64,000 bases of DNA from Okamejei kenojei (taxonomy: Eukaryota). Positions 42,176 to 53,128 of the stretch are shown piece after piece. The stretch is from the NCBI GenBank assembly GCA_035221665.1, contig CM069164.1, positions 20,336,001 to 20,400,000 on the forward strand, given 5' to 3'. Positions within the stretch are counted from its first letter, which is position 1. The number at the start of each line of letters is the position of its first letter. Position numbers and translations under genes: made by a program. The notes under the pieces are model-generated. The model did no database searches. It saw nothing but the letters and a program-made list of their open reading frames with translations, and was not told the DNA's origin.

Positions 42176-42949
42176 CTATAGAATTAAAAGATTAGATTGA
42201 ATTAGGGAAATAAACATAAAATAAATAAAACTAAGGATGCATTAGCTACAATTTTATTAAATGGCACAGCAAGCTGAGGGGAGCCAAATACCTTACTTCT
42301 TCCAATTTGTATGTACATTTGATAGCAGTGTAAGCTAGCCAGTTGCAAGTCATGGTGTATTGGGCAAAGGCACGCACTATGTTTCTTTAGAATGGAGCAA
42401 TGAATATAAATCAACATAGTTCTCAAATTATCAGTCTCCTTGTCAACATGTAATTCTCTGCATTTTTAGGAAAACGCCCTCTGTAACCCAGTCAAGCTTA
42501 ACAAGGCAGTATGCGCAAGATGTAACAAGCCTCAAATGATCATTTATCCAGAGCGCTGGGTACACTCCCAGTATTTAGTTTATTGTCACCAGTACGGAGG
42601 TACAGTATAGCTTCAAGCTCAGCAGTATGAGTGCATATGGAGGTATAAATTTTGATTTAATCTGCAGCACAAATACAGTGATTACAAATGTAAACCCAAA
42701 TTTTCTTCACCACTGAAATTAATGGAATAGTTGAAATTCTGATTTACTCCGTCTACTGTTAAAAACTACAAAGAAAAAAAGAAAAAACAATAGCATTCTC
42801 AGAATCTGCATAAAGGGTGAATATTTTAGGTCTGAGATCTTTGTTCAGAACTGGGAAAGAGTTAAAATGGTTCATTTTAAATTAAGAAGCTGGAGGGAGG
42901 GAGGAATGAATTGAATATCTAAATAGAATGAGACAAGGCTTGTTGTTTA

Positions 42950-43452
42950 GATACATAGAAAATAGGAGCAGGAATTGGCCATTCGATCCTTCATCTGCTA
43001 TTCAATGTGATCATGGCTGATCATCCACAATTAGTACCCGGTTCGTGCCTTCTCCCCATATCCCTTGATTCCGCTAGTCTTAGGAGCTCTATCTAACTCT
43101 CTTTTGAATGCATCCAGTGAATCAGCCTCCACTGCCTTCTTAGGCAGAGAACTCCAAAAATTCACAACTCTCTGGGTGAAAACGTTTTTCCCTCATCTCA
43201 GTTCTAAATAGCCTACACTTTTTTCCAAAACTGTAGCTCCTGCTTCTGAACTCCCCCAGCATCGGGAACAGGTTTCCTGCATCTAATCACTTAATAATTG
43301 TATATGTTTCTATAAGATTCCCTCTCATCCTTCTAAATTCCCGTGAATACAAGCCCAGTCGCTCCATTCTTTCAACATATGACAGTCCCGGGAATTAACC
43401 TCATGAACCTACGCTGCGCTCCCTCAATAGCAAGAATGTCCTTCCTCAAATT
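42950..43452 (-). mobile_element. CR1 LINE 3' fragment; related 3' ends at about 6975-7205(-), 13060-13490(+), 16766-17085(-), 20200-20365(+), 23755-23885(-), 32175-32380(-), 48965-49160(+), 50240-50415(+)
   Basis: Reverse complement of the 22.5-23.1 kb CR1 sequence. Confidence 0.85.
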
Positions 43453-43783
43453 ATTGTGAAAACATCTGCTACAGGATAATTCAGAAAAATAATCCCCAAA
43501 ACTCAGTTTTGATCTGGTTAGAATTGGAAATGTAAGAATATTCTCTATTTAAATAAACTGAAAAATAGTGCAATTTTCACAATGTTTTGGGATGGGATGT
43601 TTTGGAAAATTTGCTTTCATAGATCACAATGCACCAAAAAGGGTCTGAAGGAGTGACTGTGCATGTCATACTCACCAAATCTGCCATTAGCATTTGCTGG
43701 TTACACATATGAGAAAACATGCAGAATCTGCTGATGAATTAGTTTGGTTAAAATTAGAGAGTCAGGTGGAATGATACACGTAC

Positions 43784-43993
43784 CAGCAAACCATTTGTTC
43801 CATGTATAGCCACACATCGAGAGAAACAGTGATGTATGGATAGGTTGTCCACATAAGTTGGCGGATTGTAGCCGCCTTTCCGATCCACATCTCCAGCCAG
43901 GTGTAAGTGTACTGGGTAACTCCCAAGTATCTGCTGGCCCATGTTAGTCAATTCTACGCCAGACAAGTGAACCGAGGCAAAGTTTCTTAGGAT
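43784..43993 (-). CDS. CEMIP2-like: Exon 8 (ILRNF...MGQQILGSYPVHLH...HGTNGLL)
   Basis: 210 nt, phase 0-0, AG/GTACGT. Confidence 0.95.
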
Positions 43994-44726
43994 CTGCCAA
44001 GCCAAGGGAATTAAATTAGTTCCTCCCTATGAACTTGAGATAGATTTGACAACCAAATCTTTGAAAATACACTTGAGTCATGGACAGATTGGTATGTTCA
44101 AGAAAAATACAGTCTACTAAAGTTAAAATATCCTGGCATGACATAAATTGCCTCAAACTCCTAAGACACTCACTCTAGATAGAAGTAGAATAGAAGACAG
44201 AGCTTTAAACCACACTATATGGCTTTGAAGGGGGGGGGGGGGGGGGGGGGGGGGGGAGCAGGGCGTGGGTTGGGAAGCCATTGCCAATTCAGGAAAAGCA
44301 GAAAGTTGACAGTACAGTTCACTGCACCATTTTCCTGCCATTTAGGGTCATAGAACAGTACAGCACAGAAAAGGACACCTCAGCCCAACTCATCCATACC
44401 AAGTGTGACACAATCTATACTAATCCCATTTGCCTGCATTAGGCTCTACTCCTCCTATCCAAGTGCCCGCCCAAAGGCTTCTTTAAACATTGTGATTTTG
44501 TTTCTGTCTCTAACACTTTTGGCAGCTCATTCAATCCCTCTGTGAAAAAAAAACCTTTCTCATCCTACTGAAATTTCCTCTCTCTCACCCTAAATCAATT
44601 TTGAAAAATCCACAAGGCACAATAAACAGTGTGTATTTTGGCCAGAGACCAAATATACAGGATTTGCTTTACCTCTAATTAATATTATCTAAACAATGTT
44701 GAAGGAACTTCAATAACAATGCTTAC

Positions 44727-44896
44727 CTTTATCTGTCCACCAAATGTATCATAGCTAAAGAAGTGGCAGAAGTTTTGTCCGTAACAGGAGTCCTCCATTT
44801 CTCCTTTTATGAGGATGTTTCTACTTAAAAGTCCAACTTCAGCCCTCATGTCTATTCCATCTACAATTTCACCCATATGGAGATAACGTGGCTTGC
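44727..44896 (-). CDS. CEMIP2-like: Exon 7 (KPRYLHMGEIVDGIDMRAEVGLLSRNI...DTFGGQIK)
   Basis: 170 nt, phase 1-0, AG/GTAAG. Confidence 0.95.
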
Positions 44897-46519
44897 CTAT
44901 GATAAAAGATTATTTTTAAACTACCACTCATTGAAATGGCATATCACCAGCAGCGTAAGACATTTATTTGAAAAGCCCGAATGATTATGGCAGATTGTAA
45001 AGAGGACAGAGAACAACTCAACAAGTGTTGATTTGATGCCGATCAACTTTACTACAGTCAATAACTTTAGGAATATTGGAAAAAGTTCAAGTTATTCAGT
45101 CTATTTTCTCTCCATTACTTTTGGTAACAAAAATCTATCCATTTCAGATTTTAATTTAACAACTGATCAAGCAATAATGCTTATGGATAAAGGTAAAAGA
45201 TTTATACTATGATTTAAATGCAGAAGTGGTCAAATCTGAAATGCTTGGGTCTATTTTTTAGATTATATGTATTGAACTTAGATTTCCCAATCATCACAGA
45301 TATCTCCTCTTTCTATCCTTGGTGCCCAACATCTTAACATTTTAATTTAATCACTCTTTATCCTTCAGTTTCAGGGAATACAATCCTAGTCTGAGCAAAC
45401 ATTTCTCTATATTTAACACATCATGCAAATTTAAACTGCACTTTGTTTTTCCAAGAGAGAGTAGTCAGCTGCAGTTAAATCAAGGCTTTGGAAAACTGCA
45501 GCACAACTTCCTTTGCCTTGTGCTGCAGTTAAATATCAACTAGAATATATAAATTGCTATTGATCTTTTGCACATACTCATGACATTTTAATGACCCATG
45601 TAGTGTTAGTAATAAAAATTGATCTAAATCCTCAGGGAAGTTAGCTGAGAATTAGAGGTGATGCTTCTAGGCACTGTAGGTTAAAAATAAACATAGATTA
45701 GAAAGTATGCTAAGAATGAGAAAAATTAATGATAAAACACTGAAACTAAGTGTGCAATCCAAATAAGCATTATTTTTTTTTTAAAGCATAGAATAAGAAG
45801 CAAAGTGGATGAAATTAACAAATTGCTGGCTGAAAATTAAATGTGGAGGTCAAATGATAATCATTATGGAGACAAATTTGCAAGAATGAGGGCAGGAACT
45901 AAAAGTACATGATCCACAGAAGCAAAAGAAAAATAGCAGGTAGGAATATAAGGTGGGTACACAAAAGGCTGCCTTTTGTGTACCCTCGATTCTCCAGCAT
46001 CTGCAGTTCCTTCTTTAACAGGTAGGAATATAATCTTGGTGATCAAGGAATGAAATTAAGTCAATGTAAGAGGCTGTAACAAGTAGCAAGCAGAAGGTGG
46101 TGAGTTCACAGCTAGAGTTAATAAGCGTAGACAGATTTAAGACTCCAGAGGGGAAGTCCGAGATCCCAAGCGGCAGCTGGGAAATGGTAGAAATAACATG
46201 CAGATATTTAACAAGCATTTAGGAAATACAGGATGTTTTTTATTTGAGGGGGAGGAGGGTCGGTATTTTAACTTTCATGCTTGACCATCAGCAACTATAG
46301 TAGTCGACTATTCAGCTCCCCTCCCCCTCCCCACCCTCCAGACTCCGCTTTGTCATTGAAAAGGTTCGTGACTGATCCTAAACCAATGCTGCCTTCTCCT
46401 CATCAACAAATTCTAACATTACAGTAAATACACCTGAAGGACTCTGCTCTCAGTTCTCTGTGGCAAGAGACTCACCTCTGTTTTAGATATGCATCTCCTT
46501 ATTCTGAGACTGAGTAATT

Positions 46520-46860
46520 TGCAGGTTGAGTCAGCGGTAAGGAAAGCTAATGCAATGCATTCATTTTGAGGGGACCAGAATATAAAAGCAAGGATGTGTT
46601 GCTGAGGCTTTTATAAGGCAGTGTGAAGCCACATTTGGAATATTGTGAGCTGTTTGGCCCCACATCTGAGGAAGAATGTGTTTGCGATGGAGAGGGTCCA
46701 GATGAGGTTTACAAGAATGATCCCGGGAATGATTGGATTAATGTATGAGGAGCATTTGAAGGCACTGGGCCTGTATTTGCTGGAGGTTAGAAGGATGGGG
46801 AGGGGGTAAATCACGTTGAAACCTTCTGAATATTGAAAGGCTTAGATCGAGTGGAAATGG
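46520..46860 (+). mobile_element. CR1 ORF2 C-terminal fragment
   Basis: Decayed LYKA.VKPHLEYC...ERVQMRFTRMIPG motif. Confidence 0.8.
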
Positions 46861-47015
46861 AAAGGATACAAACACTTCTGACAAGGTAAACCTTTCTGCA
46901 ACCTTGTGCACCAGGGAACACATTGGAGCCAATCTCATTAGTAAGAAAGCTCAGGGAGGATTTATCCACCTACCACAGGAAACTGATCATATGAAACTAT
47001 CACAAGAAACTATAA

Positions 47016-47151
47016 TCGGTCTGAAGAAGGATTTTGGCCCGAAACGTCGCCTATTTCCTTCGCTCCATAGATGCTGCCTCACCCGCTGAGTTTCTCCAGC
47101 ATTTTTGTCTACCTTCGATTTTCGAGCACCTGCAGTTCCTTCTTAAACAAT
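47016..47151 (+). mobile_element. Solo Penelope pLTR-type short repeat with hammerhead-like core and 9-bp target-site duplication
   Basis: ggt-CTGAAGA...CC-GAAAC-GTC-gcc at 47018-47051; flanked by AAACTATAA at 47007-47015 and 47152-47160. Confidence 0.7.
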
Positions 47152-47359
47152 AAACTATAAGTTGTGCAACATGCTAGGTTTATCAGAGAACACTCTTCTC
47201 TTGTTCAGTGTTGATATACTCATTACCAATGGAAAAACATATTTTTGTGTGTTAATCTGTGCAGGCAATTCAAGTGTTCCTGTTTGTTGAGATCACCAAT
47301 CAAGCCAGGTAAAGGCTCAGCATGGAAGCAAAATGAAAGGACATCTAATTACTCAGAAT

Positions 47360-47565
47360 GTGTAGGAAGGAACTGCAGATGCCGGTTTATACCGCAGATA
47401 GACACAAAATGCCGGAGTAACTCAATGGGTCAAGCAGCTCCTCTGAAGAAAAAGAATAGGTAACATTTCGGGTCCGATGAAAGGTTCCGACCCACAACGT
47501 TACCCATTCATTTTCTCCAAAGATGCTGCCTGACCTGCTGTGTTACTCCAGCATTTTGTGTCTAA
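47360..47565. repeat. Fold-back (inverted) Penelope pLTR-derived element; similar copies at about 38200-38375, 50840-50990 and 63000-63140
   Basis: Outer arms tagacacaaaatgc...gcattttgtgtcta and inner arms ctca..gggtca.gcagc / gctgcctgacctgctg are reverse complements. Confidence 0.7.
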
Positions 47566-47846
47566 TCGCTCAGTGTTGAGAATTCAAATTGGTTGAGCAA
47601 AATTGAACATCAATAAAGTATTGCTTTCTACACTTTAAATTCTGAACATACAGTCTACATTTCTTGTTACAGTAAAAGACAGCAAACAGATTGCATATCA
47701 GAAATGTCCCCACATAAACCTTGAATAGTGTTGCACAATTTAAATCCACAGAGTAAAAGAAATCCGAAGTGTTGATCCATAGAACCCTTGAGATAAAGTT
47801 TTTAAAAGAGATAAACGCAAAATTATTGTAGATTCGTAATTCTTAC

Positions 47847-48032
47847 CAATTTTTATCTGATAAATATTACACCCAGGACAGGGAAGGAGATCAAATTCTT
47901 CTGCCTGATGCATAGAATAATCAGTACTTGCAATGACTATTTGATCACCAGGCAACCAGCTCGAGGCATCATCCATTAAATTAAGAATAACACCATTTGA
48001 CACATCCACACGAAAGCCACAGTGAGGGACAC
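47847..48032 (-). CDS. CEMIP2-like: Exon 6 (VPHCGFRVDV...PGDQIVIASTDYSMHQAEEF...KI)
   Basis: 186 nt, phase 1-1, ttccacAG/GTAAG. Confidence 0.95.
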
Positions 48033-50514
48033 CTGTGGAATAAATAACACAATGTTATAAACGCACAAAAGTCATACATTAAGAAAATAAATATTAGAAA
48101 GAAAAAATACATTATGCAATTGCTTTCCTTTAAAGATGGAGAATGAATGGTACAGCAATATGATTAGACTTTACTTTAGACTTTAAAGATACAGCGTTGA
48201 AACAGGCCCTTCAGCCAATCGAGTCTGCGCCTACCAGCTGTCATCCTGTACACACGAAGATTATCCTACACACTAAGGACAATTTCTAGCTAGTTAACCT
48301 ACAAACCTGTAAGTCTTTAGAGTGTGGGAGGCACCTGGAGAAAACACATACGGTCATAGAAAGAATGTACAATATCCGTACAGACAGCAACCCATAGTCA
48401 GGATTAAACCTGGGTCTCTGGAGCTGTAACCACTGTGCCACCCTGGACAATTATTATTTTTTGTTTCCTTTCCTTTGCTGCACTATATGACTGTCCGATG
48501 TGACAAGTCAGTTCTCATTCTTATCTCCCCAAGCTTATCTAGTTCAATAACACTATCAACCCACGTGAATTTAAGCCCTGTTATCAATAGCAGCCTGCAT
48601 ATGATATATTTCACTATAGCCACGTGTGTGCTGTTCAGTGTTGAATTTTTCAGTTTATAACAGAAAAAAAACTATTGCGTTGTAGCCAACTGCCTCAGAA
48701 ATGTCATGCAGAATGTTCGATGCAAAAACCAAATCTCAACTCCTCTGTGCCAGATAGCCAGAGCCCTCAAATTCTCCAAAACTTTACCTCTTCAAGTGAA
48801 ATACTTGTCATGAGCTAAAACTCTCTGGGTCAGTGAATCTCAGAGATTTATCACTCACAGAGAAGAAATTTAAATGCAAATCTGCTCTAAATGACTCACT
48901 CTTTATTTTGAAGCTATTCTCCAACAAGTGATCACACTGACATCTACCCTGTCACTCTGTCACAGAAGGACGTGGAGACCAATTCAATGGATGTTTTTAA
49001 GAGAGAGTTAGATTTAGCTCTTAGGGCTAAAGGAATCAAGGGATGTGGGGAAAAAGCAGGAACAGGGTACTGCTTTTGGATGATCAGCCATGATCAATGT
49101 GAATGGCGGTGCTGGTTCGAAGGGCTGAAGAGACTACTCCTGCACCTATTTTCTGTGTTTCAATGTCACGCCTCCTTCGACTCTTATGTTTAATAAGGAT
49201 TAGTCCTCATTCTTCTAAATTCCAAAGTAGGCAAATCACAAGATGCCCTTCGATCTATTTTTGTCTTAATGGCAAACTTAAATCCAACCCCTGCCTCTAG
49301 GTTATTAACATAAATAGTGACTAATTTAGGACCAAGAGCATATCCCTGGGATAATTGAAAAGTTATATCCATTCAACCAAGAAAAAAAGTATCATTTATT
49401 ACATCTGTTTTCTGTGCAACAACTGGTTTTCAAACTATTCTTACACTTGGAATTTTTCAGTAATCAGTGGTGAAAGTTCTCATAAGATAGGGGGGGAAAA
49501 TGAGTTATTAGGAAACACACAATGTTAAAACTAACTTTCTATGGAGATTGTATTTATAAAAGATGTGGTTAAGGTCATCACAGTACCTTTGGAGAAATGT
49601 GGCTGGGAAATTAATGTCAGAAAAAAAATGACCGATACAGCAAACCATTTTTTCCCCCGCATTGTCTACACCGTGGAGGACATTGCAAATATCTCAATGA
49701 TAACAACTGCAGAAACATCTTCACCATATTTGCTCTGCCACCTTATGCACCAGTGGTGTCACCTCTCAGTCTACTACTCTCCAGCAGATTCAAGCCTAGT
49801 TTGTCCAACTTTCCTCACAAGCCAACCCACCCATGCTGGGAATTCTTCAAGTAAACCTTCTTGGAATTGCTTCCAACATAGATCCTTCCTTAAATAAGTG
49901 AGACATATATGGCACACAGTATCCCAGATGTAGTTTCACCAATATTCTACATAACCAAACTTTAACCTCTCTACTCTTATAGCTATAATCAAAGAAATAC
50001 AGCATGATGGCATCAGCCCACAAACCACACCCAGCATGCCACCCCCTTTTTGATATTTTTGTCAACCTTTGTTGTCTTTTTAAATTCCAATCATTTGCAG
50101 GACACCTGGCTTCAAATATCTGCAATTACTTTTCTCAATAGTTTACATAAATGCTTGTGTTCTTCTACGAATATAACATTTTTTTACTTAATCAGTGAAG
50201 GGCGAAAAGGCAGAATTGAGAATCAGGTATACCTGTACAATAGATATTTTTTAAAGTGGAAATTGATAGATTCTCGATTGGTACAAAGGTGATGGGGAGA
50301 AGGCAGGAGATGGGGGTTGAGAGGGAAACGTAGATCAGTTATGATCGAATGGCTCAGCAAACTCGACAGGGCAAATGGCCTAATTCTGCTTCCATGTCTT
50401 CTAATCGTATGGCCTTCCGCTTACATGCGTCTATGGTCATAGCAGACTGTAGTAGCGACCTTAAAAAAGACCTAATGTAAACCTCAAAAACACAAAACTG
50501 CTGATTAGACTTAC

Positions 50515-50678
50515 CTCTCACCCACTCACTGAAAGCAGTGACTGTGAAATGAATCCCATCGTATGTCTCAAAGTCTCGTCTTACTACAGCCATACCGGTT
50601 GACCCATTAGGCTGATACAGTTGTTTGTCTTCCATAGCAAATAATTCACCAAGAACTCCAATCGCAGCCCATGGTTGC
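50515..50678 (-). CDS. CEMIP2-like: Exon 5 (QPWAAIGV...TAFSEWVR)
   Basis: 164 nt, phase 2-1, AG/GTAAG. Confidence 0.93.
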
Positions 50679-51531
50679 CTAAAGTAAGTGAAGATTGGCA
50701 AAGATTGTAATGAAATTGTCTGCCACTGTGATTGATTTACAATGGCAAATATGCTTGTATAAAACAAATGAGTACATAATTTGAACTATATAAACATACA
50801 CATTATAGGTTTCAAGTATGGTATTTTTTTTTAGAGACACGGGTAACTGCAGATGCTGGAATCTTGAGCAAAACTTATTGTGCTGCTGGAGGGAGGAGGA
50901 AACCGAGGAAGGGTCCCCATAGGAAACATCTCTTGTCCATTCCATCCACGGATGTTATCTGACCCGCTGAGTAGCTCCAGCACTTTGCGTTTTACAGTCA
51001 CTTTGCAACCAATCTGACCAGTCGCCCGAGAAAGGACCCGGGGAGCTGTCCATGGTGGTTCCAATTGCAATCATTAAAATATACTTCAGCGAATGCATGT
51101 TTACCCTTGGCCTTGATCCAAAATCAGCTAAAGGACCTGCGAGTTGAAAATCTCACCCCAGTTGACAAGATAATCGATACCTTCCACGTCAAGCAACGTT
51201 TTCGACTGCATGTGGGGGACAGGGAAATCCCCGGCCTCTGGTTTCCTCCATCTTGTTGTCACACAGTTATAAACGCAGGCAAACATTGGTAAGAGGGCAA
51301 CTGGCTTGGGGAAAAACTGCCGCAACAAATGAGCAAACGGAAAGCCTCGTTTACCGGATTAGATTTAATCTAGCACGCGATTTGAATTAAAGCAGTAAAC
51401 GACAGGGACGCGTCTTGTTGGCTGTTTGAAAGTAAACTGGATTTAAAATGTAAATACATTCGTCAAAACGCAGTGGGAGCGCGGCGGTGCGGCCACGCAC
51501 AACCACCCATGCACGATCCGAGCCGGCTCAC

Positions 51532-52090
51532 CTGTAGCCCAGATACATCGCCTCTTTGCTCCCCAGCAGTTCTCGCAGGTCATTCCTGGCAGACAGCGTC
51601 AGCCTCCTGGCGGCCGAGTCTCCGACAGCGATGGCCACTATTCGCCCTCTGGGTTGGCGGCGTAAAAACTCCTGCAGCCGCCTGCTCTCATCCGCCCAGA
51701 GGTGAGTGTCGAAACGGTGGGCTGCGAGCACCTTGGCCGTGCCGGGATCGATCACCCTGATGTTGATGCCCCTGCTACCCCAGTACCTGTCAAAGCGGTA
51801 AGCCCCAGACTGCAGGCCACCGGGGTAGAGAGTTTGGGCTAAAAATGTCCAAGACAAGGTTTTCCTTCCGTGCAATTCCAAAACACCACCTTTGTCCACG
51901 CCAATGAACTTCTGACCAAAATGCTCCACGTTTAGTGCATCTGTCGACTTTCCGTAGAGAGTAATAGTGGCGCTGGAAATATAGGGGCATTTTTCCGCTC
52001 CGATGTGCAGCTCGCCCCCGTTCCTGATCAGAATATAGCGAGCTTTCAGAGTGATAGGGGATTTCGGCGCATCGTTGAACACGAGTTTAC
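51532..52090 (-). CDS. CEMIP2-like: Exon 4, G8 domain and first GG domain
   Basis: KLVFND...GGELHIGAEKC...RFDTH...GRIVAIAVGDSAA...YLGYR; ttttgcAG / GTGAG; 559 nt. Confidence 0.96.
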
Positions 52091-52365
52091 CTGCAAAATA
52101 ATGTCCATAGTAAGGTCACCGATGGTCACCAGTGGTGATTTTACCACCCCGCTCTACCCTCGCACAGAAATCCCATCACAAAAATAATCCAAGACTCAGA
52201 TGTATTTAGCATCACCCACACTTTCCAACTGTAAATAAAGGCAGCATCTATTCTGTCAGGAAGGAATGTGAAAACCTATGCATAAAACAGAGTCTCAAAG
52301 AAGAAAAACAGTTTGATTTGGGAATTGTTTACAAGTATGAAAGACATTTATCAAATTAAACTTAC

Positions 52366-52506
52366 CCCCATTCTCTATAATAATGGAATGTAGCGAGGCA
52401 GAAGACTCCAGTTTTAGGAACATTCCCCGTCCAATCTTAACCTTCTTATTTTCATGATGTCCAGGGTTCCAGGGTAATAAATATGGGGCCTTATCTGGGC
52501 AATCCA
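52366..52506 (-). CDS. CEMIP2-like: Exon 3, start of G8 domain (DCPDKAPYLLPWNPGH...IENG)
   Basis: ctcttttAG acceptor, GTAAG donor, 141 nt, phase 1-1. Confidence 0.93.
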
Positions 52507-52594
52507 CTAAAAGAGAATTCTCATTCACTATCACATGTGGTTGCAATTTCTTAATATATAGTGTTCAAATGTTGATAACAAGAAAGTTACACAC

Positions 52595-52640
52595 CTGTTG
52601 TATAAACCAGTGTGCGGTGCACAAATGGGCTCCGGCTCAT
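52595..52640 (-). CDS. CEMIP2-like: Exon 2 coding part, MSRSPFVHRTLVYTT (exon 2 probably spans 52819-52595)
   Basis: ATG at 52640 (aggATGa) with in-frame stops upstream; donor CAG|GTGTGT in phase 1 matches exon 3; acceptor ttctgatttctAG at 52820. Confidence 0.55.
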
Positions 52641-52968
52641 CCTGCCGCTGATGCTTTGAGTTTAATCCTAGTTTCAAGACTGTCAACGTCCCTCGGAAGA
52701 GGGGCAGGTTTGCGATGGATTATTGATAGATAATCCATACTTATTATAGCAGAGGGTCCAGGCGGGTGGTTGATGGAGAATCACAATGGAGAAGGCAGCA
52801 CAAAATACAAACTAGCAGCCTAGAAATCAGAAACTGTTTGGCACGTACTACAGTCAGCGCAACTCCCTGTACCAGTCCTGCCCCACACACTCCCGCCACG
52901 CAGATCACCCTGTGCCAACCTGGCCCCGACCACCCGCTCGCCGCAACACCCACCCGGGTAGTGCGCAC

Positions 52969-53128
52969 CTGTAGCAAGTTGGGTGCAGCCAGAGAGCGTT
53001 TCCCAGGCTCCGGCCGCTGATGTCCGTCTGTCTGCCGCTGATTGAGAAGCTCTGATCGCTGTGGGCTGGTGTCAGTCAGTCTGTCTGTCTGTCTGTCCCA
53101 GCGCCGCCGCCGCCGCTCGCCGCCGACT
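52969..53128 (-). other. CEMIP2-like: Exon 1 (5' UTR, no ATG)
   Basis: Runs from the Inr to donor CAG|GTGCGC at 52969/52968; contains short (GGC)n and (GACA)n tracts. Confidence 0.65.

Larger units (their letters stand above)
4583..53128 (-). other. CEMIP2-like: CEMIP2/TMEM2-like cell-surface-hyaluronidase family gene, 24 exons (span from predicted TSS to stop codon)
   Basis: 23 coding exons with canonical GT-AG sites and consistent phases sum to 3867 nt (1288 aa + stop). Peptides are colinear with CEMIP2 from CPD..W.PG (G8) to the C-terminal PL.L.EYGCP. Exact orthology is unresolved. Confidence 0.93.

Noticed and set aside
44230-44256. Long poly-G/poly-C runs (also about 2530, 27392, 57514, 57856) as G-quadruplex elements
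   Set aside because: Simple homopolymers whose lengths are unreliable in assemblies; no positional pattern.
52744-52977. 77-aa unspliced ORF with a hydrophobic end as the first coding exon
   Set aside because: Starts at TTG, reads through predicted intron 1 and ends in TAA TAA before any good donor.
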